In this document: in pieces, positions 45,501 to 59,339 of the stretch | How positions within the stretch are numbered: position 1 is the first letter of the stretch | Layout: each line of letters starts with the position of its first letter | Origin: the human T2T-CHM13v2.0 reference genome, Homo sapiens | NCBI RefSeq assembly: GCF_009914755.1 | Contig: NC_060946.1 | Strand: one strand, 5' to 3' | DNA length: 64,000 bases | The notes under the pieces: model-generated | Seen by the model: only the letters and a program-made list of their open reading frames with translations | Databases searched by the model: none | What the model was told of the DNA's origin: nothing | Position numbers and translations under genes: made by a program

Positions 45501-48220
45501 CTTTTTGTAGATTCTGCAAGTGAACATTTGGAGCAGTTTGAGACCTATCGTGGAAAAGGAAATATCTTCACATAAAAACTAGATAGAATCAATGTGAGAA
45601 ACTACTTTTTGATATGTGCGTTCATCTCCTAGATTTGAGCCTTTCTTTTGATGGGCCAGTTATTTATTACTCTTTTTGTGGAATCTGCAAGTGGACATTT
45701 GAAGCCCCTTGAGGCCTGTGGTGGAAAATGAAATACATTCACATAAAAACTAGACAGAAGAAATCTGAGAAACATCTATGCAACATGTGCGTTCATCTCA
45801 CAGAGTTAAACTTTTTTTGATCGAGTAGTTTGGAAACACACTTTTTGAACAATCTGCAAGTGGACATTTGAAGCTCTTTGAGAACTGTGGTGGAAAAGGA
45901 AATATCTTCACACAAAAACTAGACAGAATAATGCTGTGAAATCACTTTGTGATGCATGCGTTCATCACACAGAGTTGAAAGTTTCTTTTCAATGGGGTTT
46001 TTGGAACCACTCTTTTTGTAGAATCTACATGTAGACAATTTTAGTGCTTTGCGGCCTATGGTAGAAAACGAAATATATTCACATAAAATCTAGACAGAAG
46101 CAGTCTGGCAAACTTCTTTGTGATGTGTGCATTCATCTCACAGAGTTAAACCTTTCTTTTTATTGAGCAGTTTTGAAACTCTCTTTTTGTAGTATCTGCA
46201 AGTGGACATTTGGAGCCCCTTTAGGCCTGTGGTGGAAAAGGAAATCTCTTCACATAAAAACTAGACAGAAGAATTCTGAGAAACTTCTTTATGATGCATG
46301 CTTTCATCTCCCATAGTTGAAACTTTCTTTTGATACAGCCGGTTGGAAACAATCTTTTGTAGAATCTGAAAGTGCACATTCAGAGCGCTTTGCAGCCTAT
46401 AGTAGGAAAGAAAATATCTTCACATAAAGTCTAGACAGAAGCAATCTGAGCAACTTCTTTGTGATGTGTGCATTCATCTCATGGAGTTAAACTTTTCTTT
46501 TGATTGAGCAGTCTTGAAGCTCTCTATTTGTAGAATCTGCAAGTGGATATTTGGAGCTCTTTGAGGCCAACAGTGGAAAAGGAAATATCTGCACATAAAA
46601 ACTGGACAGAAGAATTCTGAGAAACTTCTTTGGGATGTGTGCATTCATCTCACAGATTTGAACCTATCGTTTGATTGAACAGTTTGGAAACACTCTTACT
46701 GTAGAATCTGCAAGTGGACATTTGGAGAACTTTGCGGCATATGGTAGAAAAGGAAATATTTTCACATAAAATCTAGACAGAAGCCATCTGAGAAACTTCT
46801 TTGTGATGTGTGCATTCATCTCACAGAGTTAAACCTTTCTTTTGATTGAATGGTTTTGAAACTCTTTTCGTAGAATCTGCAAGTGGACATTTGGAGTGCT
46901 TTGAGGCCTATACCTATGGTAGAAAAAGTAATACCTTCACATAAAATCTAGAGAGAAGCAATCGGAGAAACTTCTTAGTGATGGGTGCATTCATCTCACA
47001 GAGTTTAAACTTTCTTTTGATTCAGCAGTTTTGAAACTCTCTTTTTGTAGAATCTGCAAGTGGACATTTGGAACGCTTTGAGGCCTATGGTGGAAAAGGA
47101 AATATCTTCACATAAAAACTAGACAGAAGAATTCTGACAAACTTCTTTGTGATGTGTGCGTTCTTCTCACAGAGTGGAACCATTCTTTTGATTGAGCAGT
47201 TTGGTACCACTCTTTCTTGTAGAATCTGAAAGTGGACATTTGGAGCGCTTTGCAGTCTATGGTAGAAAAGTAAATATCTTCACATAAAATCTAGACAGAA
47301 GCAATATGAGAAACTTGTTTGTGATATATGCATTCATCTCACAGAGATAACCCTTTCTTTTGATTGAGCAGTTTTGAAACTCTTTTTGTAGAATCTGCAA
47401 GTGGACATTTAGAGCGTCTTGAGGCCTATGGTGGAACAGGAAATATCTTCACATAAAAATTAGACAGAAGAATTCTGTGAAACTTCTTTGTGATGAGTGC
47501 ATTCATCTCACAGAGTTGAACGTTTCTTTTGATTGAGTAGCTTGGAAACACTCTTTTTGTAGAATCTGCAAGTGGACATTTGGAACTCTTTGTGGCCAAT
47601 GGTAGAAAAGGAAATATTTTCACATTAAATCTAGACAGAAGCAATCTGAGAAACTCCTTTTTGATGCGTGCATTAATCTCATGGAGTTAAACCTTTCTTT
47701 TGATTGAGCAGATTGGAAACTCTCTTTTTGTAGAATCTGCAAGTGGACATTTGGCAGCGCTTTGAGGCCTGTCGTGGAGAAGGAAATGTCTTCACATAAA
47801 AAGTAGATAGAAGCATTCTGAGAAAGTTCTCTGTGATGTCTGCATTCATCTCCTGGAGTTCCATCTTTCTTTAGGAGAACCAGTTTTCAAATACTCTTTT
47901 TGGCTAATCTGCAAGGGGACATTTCAAGCACCTTCAGGCTTAAGTTGTAAAAGGAAATATCTTCACAAAAAAACAGATAGAAGAATTCTGAGAATCTTTT
48001 TTATGATGTGTACGTTCATCTAACAGAGTTGAACCTTTCTTTTGATTGCATAGTTTCCAAACACCGTTTTTGTAGAATCTGCAAGTGGACATTTGGAGCG
48101 CTTTGTGGCTTATGATAGAAAAGGAAATATCTTCACATAAAATCTAGAAGGAAGCAATCTGAGAAACTTCTTTGTGATGTGTGCATTCATCTCACAGAGT
48201 TGAAACTTTCTTTTGATTGA
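42528..48220 (+). repeat. Alpha satellite layer 1: old A-type monomers with dimeric alternation, no CENP-B boxes
   Basis: ~171-bp units alternating AAATCTAGACAGAAGCAATCTGAG (GGTAGAAAAGG) and AAAACTAGACAGAAGAATTCTGAG (GGTGGAAAAGG); CATTCATCTCACAG. Confidence 0.9.
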
Positions 48221-50280
48221 GCAGTTTTGAAACACTCTCTTCGTGGAATCTGCAAGTGGATATTTGGAGCCCTTTGAGGCCTATTGTGGAAAAGGAAATA
48301 CCTTCACATAAAAACTATGCAGAAGCATTCTCAGAAACTACTTTGTGAGGTGTGCATTCAACTCACGGAGTTGAAATTATCTTCTCTTTGAGGAGTTTTC
48401 AATCTCTCTTTTTGTAGAATCTGCAAGTGGATATTTGAAGACCTTTGTGCCCTATGGTGGAAAAGGAAATATCTTGAAATAAAAGCTACACAGAAGCATT
48501 CAGAGAAACTTCTTTGTGATGTGTGCATTCAACTCACAGAGTTGAACCTATCTTTTGATTGAGCAGTTTTGAATCTCTCTTTTGCACAATCTGAAGGTGG
48601 ATATTTCGAGCCCTTTGAGGTCTACAGTGGAAAAGCAAAGATCTTCACATAAAAACTATGCAGAAACATTGTGAGAAACTTCTTTGTGAGGTGTGCATTC
48701 AACTCACAGAGTTGAACTATCTTCTCATTGAGCAGTTTTGAATTTATCTTTTGGTAGAATCTCCAAGTGCATGTTTGGAGCCCTTTGCGCTCTATGGTGG
48801 AAAAGGAGATATCTCCAAATAAAAACTACACAGAAGCATTCAGAGAAACTGCTTTGTGATGTATGCATTCAACTCACAGAGTTGAACCTATCTTTTGAAT
48901 CAGCAGTTTTGAATCTCTCTTTTGGCAGAATCTTCATGTAGATATTTGGAACCCTTTGACGCCTACTGTGGAAAAACAAATATCTTCACATAAAAACTAC
49001 ACAGAAGCATTCTGAGAAATTTCTTCATGATGTGTGCATTCATCTCACAGGGTTGAACCTAGCTTATGATTGAGCAGTTTTCACACACTCTTTTTGTAGG
49101 ATCTGCAAGTGGATATTTGGAGCGCTTTGAGGCCTACAGTGGAAAACCAAATATCTTCAAATAAGAACTACACAGAAGCATTCTGAGAAACTTCTTTGTG
49201 ATGTGTGCATTCATCTCACAGAGTTGAAACTTTCTTGTGATTGAGCAGTTTTCAAACACTCTTTTTGTTGAATCTGCAAGTGGATATTTGGAGCCCTCTG
49301 TGGCCTATGGTGGAAAAGGAAATATCTTCAAATAAAAACTACACAGAAGCATTCTCAGAAACTTCTTTGTGATGTATGCGTTCAACTCACAGAGTTGAAC
49401 CTATCTTTTGATTGAACAGTTTTGAATCTCTCTTTTTGCAGAATCTGCAAGTAGATATTTGGAGCGCTGTGAAGCCTACTGTGGAAAAGCAAATATGTTC
49501 ACATAAAAACTACAGAGAAGCTTTCTGAGAAACTTCTTTGTGATGTGTGCATTCAACTCACAGAGTTGAACCTGTCTTTCAATTGAGCAGTTTTGAATCT
49601 CTCTTTTTGCAGAATCTGCAAGTGGATGTTGGGAGAGCTTTGAGGCCTATTGTGGAAAAGGAAATAGCTTCACATAAAAACTACACAGAAGCATTCTGAG
49701 AAACTTCTTTGTGATGTGTGCATTCATCTCACAGAGTTGAACCTTTCTTTTGATTGAGCAGTTTTGAAACACTCTTTTTGTAGAATCTGCAAGTGGATAT
49801 TTGGAGCCCTTTGCACCCTATGGTTGAAAAGGAAATATCCTCAATAAAAACTACACAGAAGCATTCTAAGAAACTTATTTGTGATGTGTGCATTCAACTG
49901 ACTGAGTTGAATTTATCTTCTCATGTTTTGTAGAATCTGGAAGTGGATGTTTGGAGCCCTTTCACCCTATTGTGGAAAAGGAAATATCTGCAATTAAAAC
50001 TACACAGAACCATTCAGAGAAACTTCTTTGTGATGGATGCATTCAACTCACAGAGGTGAACCTATCTTTTGATTGGGCAGTTTAGAATCTCTCTTTCTGA
50101 AGAAACTGCAAGTGGATATTTGGAGCCCTTTGCACTCTGTGTTGGAAAAGGAAATATCTTTAAATAAAAACAACACAGAAGTATTCAGAGAAACTTCTTT
50201 GTGCTGTGTGCATTAAACTCAGAGAGTTGAAACTTCCTTTTGGTAGAGCAGTTTTGAAACACTCTTTTTGTAGAATCTGC
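48221..50280 (+). repeat. Alpha satellite layer 2: monomeric A-type, AAAACTACACAGAAG class
   Basis: Diagnostic switch to AAAACTACACAGAAGCATT, GTGGATATTTGGAGCCC and TTTGAATCTCTC; no CENP-B boxes. Confidence 0.85.
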
Positions 50281-53200
50281 AGGTGTATATTTGGAGCACT
50301 TTGAGGCCTACGGTAGAAAAGGAAATATTTTCATATAGAAACTAGATAGAAGCATTCACAGAAACTATTTTGTGATGTGTGCATTCAACTCCAAGAGTTG
50401 AACATTCCTTTAGACAGAGCAGTTTTGCAACACTATTTTTGTAGAATCTGCAAGTGGATATTTGGACTGCTTTGAGGCCTATATTGGAAAAGGAAATATC
50501 TTCACACAAAAACTAGACAGAAGCATTCTCAGAAACTTCTTTGTGATTTGTGCATTCAACTCACCGAGTTCACCATTCCTCTTGACAGAACAGTTTTGAA
50601 AAACACTTTTTGTAGAATCTGCAATTGGATATTTGGAGTGCTTTGAGGCCTTTGGTGGAAACGGGAATACCTTCACATAAACACTAGACAGAAGCATTCT
50701 CAGAAACTTCTTTGTGATGTGTGCATTCAATTCACAGAGTTGAACCTTCTTTTTGATAGAGCAGTTTTGAGGCACTGTTTTTGTATAATCTGCAAGTGGA
50801 CATTTGGAACGCACTGAGGCCTATGGTGGAAATGGAAATATTTTTACATAAAAACTAGCCAGAAGCATTCCCAAAAACTTCTTTGTGATGTGTGCATTCA
50901 ACTCAGAGAGTTGAAACTTTCTTTTTATAGAGCAGGTTTGAAACACTCTTTTTGTAGAATCTGCAAGTGGACATTTGCAGCGCTTGGAGGCCAATGGTGG
51001 AAAAGGAAATAACTTCACATAAAAACTAGACAGAAGCATTCTCAGAAAATTCTTTGCAGTGGTTGCATTCAACACACAGAGTTGAACATACCTTGTCCTA
51101 GAGCAGTTTTGAAACACTCTTTTTGTAGAATCTGCAAGTGGATATTTGGACCGCTTTGAGGCTTTCGTTGGAAACGGGAATATCTTCACATAAACAGGAG
51201 ACAGAAGGATTCTCAGACTCTCCTTGTAATGTGTGCATTCAACTCACAGAGTTTAACCTTTCTTTTGATAGAGCAGGTTTGAAACACTCTTTTTGTAGGA
51301 TCTGCAATTCAACATTTTGAGAGCTTTGAAGCCTACGGTTCAAAAGGAAATATCATCACATAAAAAATAGACAGAAGCATTCTCAGAAACTACATTGTGA
51401 TGTTTGCATTCAACACACAGAGTTGAACATAACTTTTAATGGAGCAGTTTTGAAACACTCTTTATGTAGAAGCTGCAAGTTGATATTTGGATAGCTTTCA
51501 GGACTTCATTGGAAAGGGAATATCTTCACATAAAAACTAGACAGAAGCATTCTCAGAAACTAGTTTGTGAGGTTTGCATTCAACTCACAGAGTTGAACAT
51601 ACTTTATCATAGAGCAGTTTTGAAACACTCTTGTGGTAGAAGCTGAAAGTGGATATTTGGACCGCTTTGAGGTCTTCGTTGGAAACGGGACTATCTTCAC
51701 ATAATCACTAGAGAGATGCTTTCTCAAAAACTTCTTTGTGCTGAGTGCATTCAACTCACAGAGTTAACCTTATGTCATAGAGCAGGTATGAAACACTCTT
51801 TTTGTAGAATCTGCAACTCGACAATTGGAACGCTTTGAGGCCTGTGGTGGAATAGGAAATATCTTCACATAAAAACTAGAAAGAACCATTCTCAGAAACA
51901 TCTTTGTGATGTTTGCATTCAACTCACAGAGTTGAAAATCCCTTTTCATAGAGCAGTCTTGAAACACTCATTTTGTAGACTCTACAAGTGGATATTTGGA
52001 CCCCTTTGAGGCCTTCATTTTAAAAGCGAATATCTTCATATAAAAAGTAGACAGAAGCATTCTCAGAAACTTCTTTGTGATGTGTGCATTCAACTTACCG
52101 AGTTGAACATACTTTATCATAGAGCAGTTTCGAAGCACTCTTTTAGTAGAATCTGCAAGTGGATATTTGGACCGCTTTGAGGACTTCATTGGAAACGGGA
52201 ATATCTTCACGTAAAAACTAGACAGAAGTATTCTCAGAAACTACTTTGTGATGTGTGCATTCAACTCACAGAGTTGAACCTTCCTTTTCATAGAGCAGGG
52301 TTAAAACATTCTTTTTGCAGGACCTGCAAGTGGACATTTGGAGCTCTTTGAGGCCTATGGTGGAAAAGGATATATCTTCACGTAAAAACTAGACAGAAGT
52401 ATTCTCATAAACTTATTTGTGATGTGTGCATTCAACTCACAGAGTTGAACCTTTCTTTTGATAGAGCAGGTTTGAAACATTCATTTTGTAGAATCTGAAG
52501 TGGACATTTGGAGAGCTTTGAGGCCTATCGTGGAAAAGGAAGTATCTTCACATAAAAACTAGAGAGAAGCGTTCTCAGAAACTTCTTTGTGATGTGTGCA
52601 TTCAACTCACAGAGTTGAACCTCTCTTTTCATTGAGCAGGTTTGAAACACTCTTTTTGTAGAATCTGCAAGTGGACATTTGGAGAGCTTTGAGGCCTATG
52701 GTGGAAAAGGAAATATCTTCACACAAAAAATAGACAGAAGCATTCTCAGAAACGTCTTTGTGATGTTTGCATTCAACTCACAGAGTTGAAGATACCTTTC
52801 CATGGAGCAGTTTTCAGACACTCTTTTTGTAGAATCTGCAGGTGGATATTTGGACCGCAATGAGGCCTTCATTGGAAACGGGAATATCTTCACATAAACA
52901 CTAGACAGAAGCATTCTCAAAAACTTCTTTGTCATGCCTCCATTGAACTCAAAGAGTTGAACCTTTCTTTTGATAGAGCAGCTTTGAAACACTCTTTTTG
53001 TAGAATCTGCAAGTTGACATTTGGAGAGCTTTGAGGCCTATGGTGGAAAGGTTATATCTTCATATAAAAATTAGACAGAAGAATTTTCAGAAACTTCTTT
53101 GCAATGTTTGCATTCAACTCAGAGTTGAAGATACCTTTTCATACAGCAGTTCTGAAACACTCTTTTTGTAGATTATGCAAGTGGATATTTGGAACGCTTT

Positions 53201-56200
53201 GAGGCCTTCGTTGGAAACAGGAATATGTTCACACAAAAACAGGCAGAAGCATTCTCAGAAACTTCTTTGTGATGTGTGCATTCACCTCAAAGAGTTGAAA
53301 CTTTCTTTTGATAGAGAATGTTTGAAACACTCTTTTTGTCGAATCTGCAAGTGGACATTTGGAGAGCATTGAGGCCTGTGGTGGAAAAGTAAATATCTTC
53401 ACATAAAAACTAGAGAGAAGCATTCTCAGAAACTTCTTTGTGATGTGTGCATTCTACTCACAGAGTTGAACCTTTCTTTTGATAGAGCAGTTTTGAAACA
53501 CTCTTTTTGTAGAGTCTGGAAGTGTATATTTGGACCGCTTGGAGGCCTTCATTGGAAACCGGAATATCTTCACATAAATACTAGATAGAAGCATTCTCCA
53601 AAACTTCTTTGTGATGTGTGCATTGAACTCACAGAGTTGAATCTTTTTTTTTTGATAGAGCAGGTTTGAAACACTCCTTTTGTAGACTCGGCACCGGACA
53701 TATTTAGACCTATGAGGCCTATGGTGGAAAAGGAAATATCTTTAAATAAAAACCAGACAGAAGAATTCTAAGGAACTACATTTTGATGTTTGCATTCAAC
53801 TTATAGATTTGAACATACCTTTTCATAGAGCAGTTTTGAAACACTATTTTTGTAGAATCTGCAAGTGAATATTTGGACTGCTTGGAGGCCTTCGTTGGAA
53901 ACGGGAATATCTTCACATAATCACTAGACAGAAGCTTTCTCAAACACTTTTTTGTACTGTGTGCATTCAACTCACAGAGTTGTACCTTTCTTTTGATGGA
54001 GCAGGTTTGAAACACTTTTTCTAGAATCTGCAAGTGGACATTTGGAGTGCTTTGAGGCCTATGGTAGGAAATATCTTCCCATAAAAACTAGACAGAAGCA
54101 TTCTCAGAAACTTCTTATGATGTGTGCATTCAATTCAGAGAGGTGAACATACCTTATCATAGAACACTTTTGAAACACTCTTTTAGTAGAATCTGCAAGT
54201 GGATATTTGCACTGCTTTGAGGCCTTCATTGGAGATGGGATTATCTTCACATAAACCCAAGACAGAAGCATTCTCAGAAACTTCTTTGTGATGTCTGCAT
54301 TCAACTCACAGAGTTGAACCTTTCTTTTCATAGAGCAGATTTGAAACCCTCTTTTCGTAGAATCTTCAAGTGGACGTATGGCGAGCTTTGAGGCCTATGG
54401 TGGAAAAGGAAATATTATATAAAAACCAGACAGAAGAACTCTCAGGAACTACTTTGAGATGTTTGCTTTCAAATCACAGGGTTGAACGTACCTCTTCATA
54501 GAGCAATTTTGAAGCACTCTTTTTGCAGAATCTGCAAGTGGATATCTGGAACGCTCTGAAGCCTTCGTTGGAAACGGGAATATCTGCAAATAAACACTAG
54601 ATAGAAGCATTCTCAGAAACTTCTTTGTGATATGTGCATTCAATTTACAGAGTTGAAGCTTTCTTTAGATAGAGCAGGTTTGAAACACTCTTCGTAGAAT
54701 CTGAAAGTGGATATTTGAATCGCTTTGAGGCCTTCGTTGGAAAAGTGGATCTCTTCACATAAACACTAGACAGAAGCATTGTCAGAAACTTCTTTGTGAT
54801 GTTTGCATTCAACTCACGGAGTTGAACCTCCCTTGTCATAGAGCTGTTTTGAAACACTCTTTTCGTAGAATCTGCAAGTGGATATTTGGACCACTTTGAG
54901 GCCTTCGTTGGAAACAGGAATATCTTCACATAAAAACTAGACAGAAGCATTCTCAGAAACTACTTTGTGATGTGTGCATTCTACTCACAGAGTTGAACCT
55001 TCCTTTTCATAGAGCAGGATTGAAACACTCTTTTTGCAGGATCTGCAAGTGGACATTTGGAGCTCTTTGAGGCCTATGGTGGAAAAGGATATATCTTCAC
55101 ATAAAAACTAGACAGAAGCATTCTTATAAACTTATTTGTGATGTGTGCATTCAACTCACAGAGTTGAACCTTTCTTTTGATAGAGCAGGTTTGAAACATT
55201 CATTTTGTAGAATCTGAAATGGACGTTTGGAGAGCTTTGAGGCCTGTGGTGGAAAAGGAAGTATCTTCACATAAAAACTAGAGAGAAGCGTCTCAGAAAC
55301 TTCTTTGTCATGTGTGCATTCAACTCACAGAGTTGAACCTCTCTTTTCATTGAGCAGGTTTGAAACACTCTTTTTGTAGAATCTGCAAGTGGACATTTGG
55401 AGAGCTTTGAGGCCTATGGTGGAAAAGGAAATATCTTCACACAAAAAGTAGACAGAATCATTCTCAGAAACGTCTTTGTGATGTTTGCATTCAACTCACA
55501 GAGTTAAAGATACCTTTCCATGGAGCAGTTTTGAGGCACTCTTTTTATAGAATCTGCAAGTGGATATTTGGACCGCAATGAGGCCTTCATTGGAAACGGG
55601 AATATCTTCACATAAACACCAGACAGAAGCATTCTCAAAAACTTCTTTGTCATGCATGCATTAAACTCAAAGAGTTGAACCTTTCTTTTGATTGAGCAGC
55701 TTTGAAACACTCTTTTTGTAGAATCTGCAAGTTGACATTTGGAGAGCTTTGAGGCCTATGGTGGAAAGGTTATATCTTCATATAAAAATTAGACAGAAGA
55801 ATTCTCAGAAAATTCTTTGCAATGTTTGCATTCAACTCACAGAGTTGAAGATACCTTTTCATAGAGGAGTTTTGAAACACTCTTTTCGTAGAATATGCAA
55901 GTGGATATTTGGAATGCTTGAGGCCTTTGTTGTAAATGGGAATATGTTCACACAAAAACAGGCAGAAGCATTCTCAGAAATTTCTTTGTGATGTGTGCAT
56001 TCACCTCAAAGTGTTGAAACTTTCTTTTGATAGAGCATGTTTGAAACACTCTTTTGTAGAATCTGCAATGGACATTTGGAGAGCATTGAGGCCTATGGTG
56101 GAAAAGTAAATATCTTCACATAAAAACTAGGGAGAAGCATTCTCTGAAACTTCTTTGTAATGTGTGCATTCTACTCACAGAGTTGAACCTTTCTTTTGAT

Positions 56201-59200
56201 AGAGCAGTTTTCAAACAGTCTTGCTGTAGAATCTGGAAATGTATATTTGGACCGCTTCGAGGCCTTCATTGGAAACTGGTATATCTTCACATAAACACTA
56301 GACAAAAGCACTCTCCAAAACTTCTTTGTGATGTGTGTATTCAAGTCACAGAGTTGAATCATTCTTTTGATAGAGCAAGTTTGAAACACTCCTTTTGTAG
56401 AATCGGCACCGGACATTTTTAAACCTATGAGGCCTATGGTGGAAAAGGAAATATCTTTAAATGAAAACCAGACAGAAGAATTCTAAGGAACTACATTGTG
56501 ATGTTTGCATTCAACTCATAGAGTTGAACACACCTTTTCATAGAGCAGTTTTGAAACACTCTTTTTGTAGAATCTGCAAGTGAATATTTGGACTGCTTGG
56601 AGGCCTTCGTTGGAAACGGGAATATCTTCACATAATCACTAGACAGAAGCTTTCTCAAAAACTTTTTTGTACTGTGTGCATTCAACTCATAGAGTTGAAA
56701 CTTTCTTTTGATAGAGCAGGTTTGAAACACTCTTTTAGTAGAATCTTCAAGTAGACATTTGAAGTGCTTTGAGGCCTATGGTGGAAAAGGAAATATCTTC
56801 CCATAAAAACTAGACAGAAGCATTCTCAGAAACTTCTTATGATGTGTGCATTCAATTCAGAGAGGTGAACATACCTTATCATAGAACACTTTTGAAACAC
56901 TCTTTTAGTAGAATCTGCAAGTGGATATTTGCACTGCTTTGAGGCCTTCATTGGAGATGGGATTATCTTCACATAAACACTAGACAGAAGCATTCTCAGG
57001 ACCTTCTTTATGATGTGTGCATTCAACTCACAGAGTTGAACCTTTCTTTTCATACAGCAGGTTTGTAACCCTCTTTTTGTAGAAGCTTCAAGTGGACATA
57101 AGGCGAGCTTTGAGGCCTATAGTGGGAAAGGAAGTATTATTATATAAAAACCAGACAGAAGAATTCTAAGGAACTACTTTGTGATGTTTGCTTTCAAATC
57201 ACAGGGTTGTACATACCTCTTCATAGAGCAGTTTTGAAGCACTCTTTTTGCAGAATCTGCAAGTGGATATTTGGAACGCTTTGAATCCTTCATTGGAAAC
57301 GGGAATATCTGCAAATAAACACTAGATAGAAGCATTCTCAGAAACTTCTTTGTGATGTGTCCATTCAACTCACAGAGTTGAAGCTTTCCTTTAATGAAGC
57401 AGGTTTGCAACACTCTTTTTGTAGAATCTGTAAGTGGATATTTGAACCGCTTTGAGGCCTTCATTGGAAAAGTGGATATCTTCACATGAACACTAGACAG
57501 AATCATTCTCAGAAACTTCTTTGTGATGTGTGCATTCCACTCACAGAATTGAACCTTTCTTTTGATAGAGCAGGTTTGAAACACTTTTTTTGTAGAATCT
57601 GCAAGCAGACATTTGGAGAGCTTGGAGGCCTATGGTGGAAAAGGAAATATCTATAAATAAAAACTAGACAGAAGCATTGTCAGAAACTTCTTTGTGATGT
57701 TTGCATTCAACTCACAGAGTTGAACCTCCCTTTTCATAGAGCTGTTTTGAAACACTCTTTTCGTGGAATCTGCAAGTGGATATTTGGACCGCTTTGCAGT
57801 CTTCGTTGGAAACGGGAATAACTTCGCATAAAAACTAGACAGAAGCATTCTCAGAAACTACTTTGTGATGTGTGCATTCAACTCACAGAGTTGAACCTTC
57901 CTTTTCATAGAGCAGGGTTGAAACACTCTTTTTGCAGTATCTGTAAGTGGACATTTGGAGCTCTTTGAGGCCTATGGTGGAAAAGGATATATCTTCACAT
58001 AAAAACTACAAAGAAGCATTCCCATAAACTTATTTGTGACGTTTGCATTCAACTCTCAGAGTCTAACATACTTTATGATAGATCAGTTTTGAAACACTCT
58101 TTTAGTAGTATCTGCCAGTGGATAATTGGAGGGCTTTGAGGCCTTCGTTGAAAACGGGAGTATCTTCACATAATGAAGCTTTCTCAGAAACTTCTTTGTG
58201 CTGTGTGTATTCAACTCACAGAGTTGAACCTTTCTTTTGATAGAGCAGGTTTGAAACACTCTTTTGTAGAATCTACAAGTGGACATTAGGAGCGCTTTGA
58301 GGCCTATGGAGGAAAAGGAAATATCTTCACATAAAAACTAGACAGAAGCATTCTCATAAACTTATTTGGATGTTTGCCTTCAATTCTCAGAGTTCAACAT
58401 ACTTTATCCTAGAGCAGTTTTGAAACACTCTTTTAGTAGTATCTCCAAGTGGATATTTGGACCGCTTTGAGGACATCATTGGAAACGGGAGTACCTACAC
58501 ATAATCACGACACACAAGTTTTCTCAGAAACTTCCTTTTACTGTGTGCATTCAACTCACAGATTTGAACATTTCTTTTGATAGAGCAGGTTTGAAACACT
58601 CTTTTTGTAGAATCTGCAAGTTGACATTTGGAGGGCTTTGAGGCCTATGGTGGAAAAGGAAATATCTTCACATAAAAACTAGAGAGAAACATTCTCAGAA
58701 ACTTCTTTGTGATATGTGCATTCAACTCATGGATTTGAACCATTCTTTTGATATAGCAATTTTGAAACACTCTTTTTGTACAATCTGCAAGTGGACATTT
58801 GGAGTGCTTTGAGGCCTACGGCAGAAAAGGAAATATCTCCACATAAAAAAAGACAGAAGCATTCACAGAAACTTCTTTGTAATATGTGCATTCAACTCAC
58901 AGAGTTGAACTTTTCTTTTGATGAAGCAGGTTTGAAACACTCTTTTTGTGGAATCTGCAAGTGGACATTTGGAGAGCTTTGAGGCCTATGGTGGAAAAGG
59001 AAATATCTTCACACAAAAACTAGACAGAAGCATTCTCAGAAACTTCTATGGGTTGTGTGCGTTCAACTTGCAGAGTTGAACATATCTTTTCATGGAGCAG
59101 TTTAGAAACACTCTTTTTGTAGAATCTGCAAGTGGATATTTGAACTGCTTTGAGGCCTTCGATGGAAACGGGAATATCTTCACATAAACACTAGACAGAA

Positions 59201-59339
59201 GCATTCTCAGAAACTTCTTTGTGATGTGTGCATTCAACTCACAGAGTTGAGCCTTTCTTTTGATAGAGCAGGTTTGAAACACTCTTTTTGTAGAAAAAAA
59301 TTTTTGTAGAAAAAAATTTTCCACTGGAAGTGGACATTT
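50281..59339 (+). repeat. Alpha satellite layer 3: irregular A/B monomers (SF5 R1/R2-like) with CENP-B boxes and divergent HOR structure
   Basis: Monomers with CTTCGTTGGAAACGGGA irregularly mixed with CCTATGGTGGAAAAGGAA monomers; ~2.72-kb internal duplication. Confidence 0.88.
51163..59173 (+). promoter_or_regulatory. Eight CENP-B boxes retaining the essential nTTCGnnnnAnnCGGGn core
   Basis: 17-mers start at 51163, 51674, 53890, 54563, 56605, 57801, 58143 (CTTCGTTGAAAACGGGA) and 59157 (CTTCGATGGAAACGGGA). About ten more are decayed. Confidence 0.85.
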
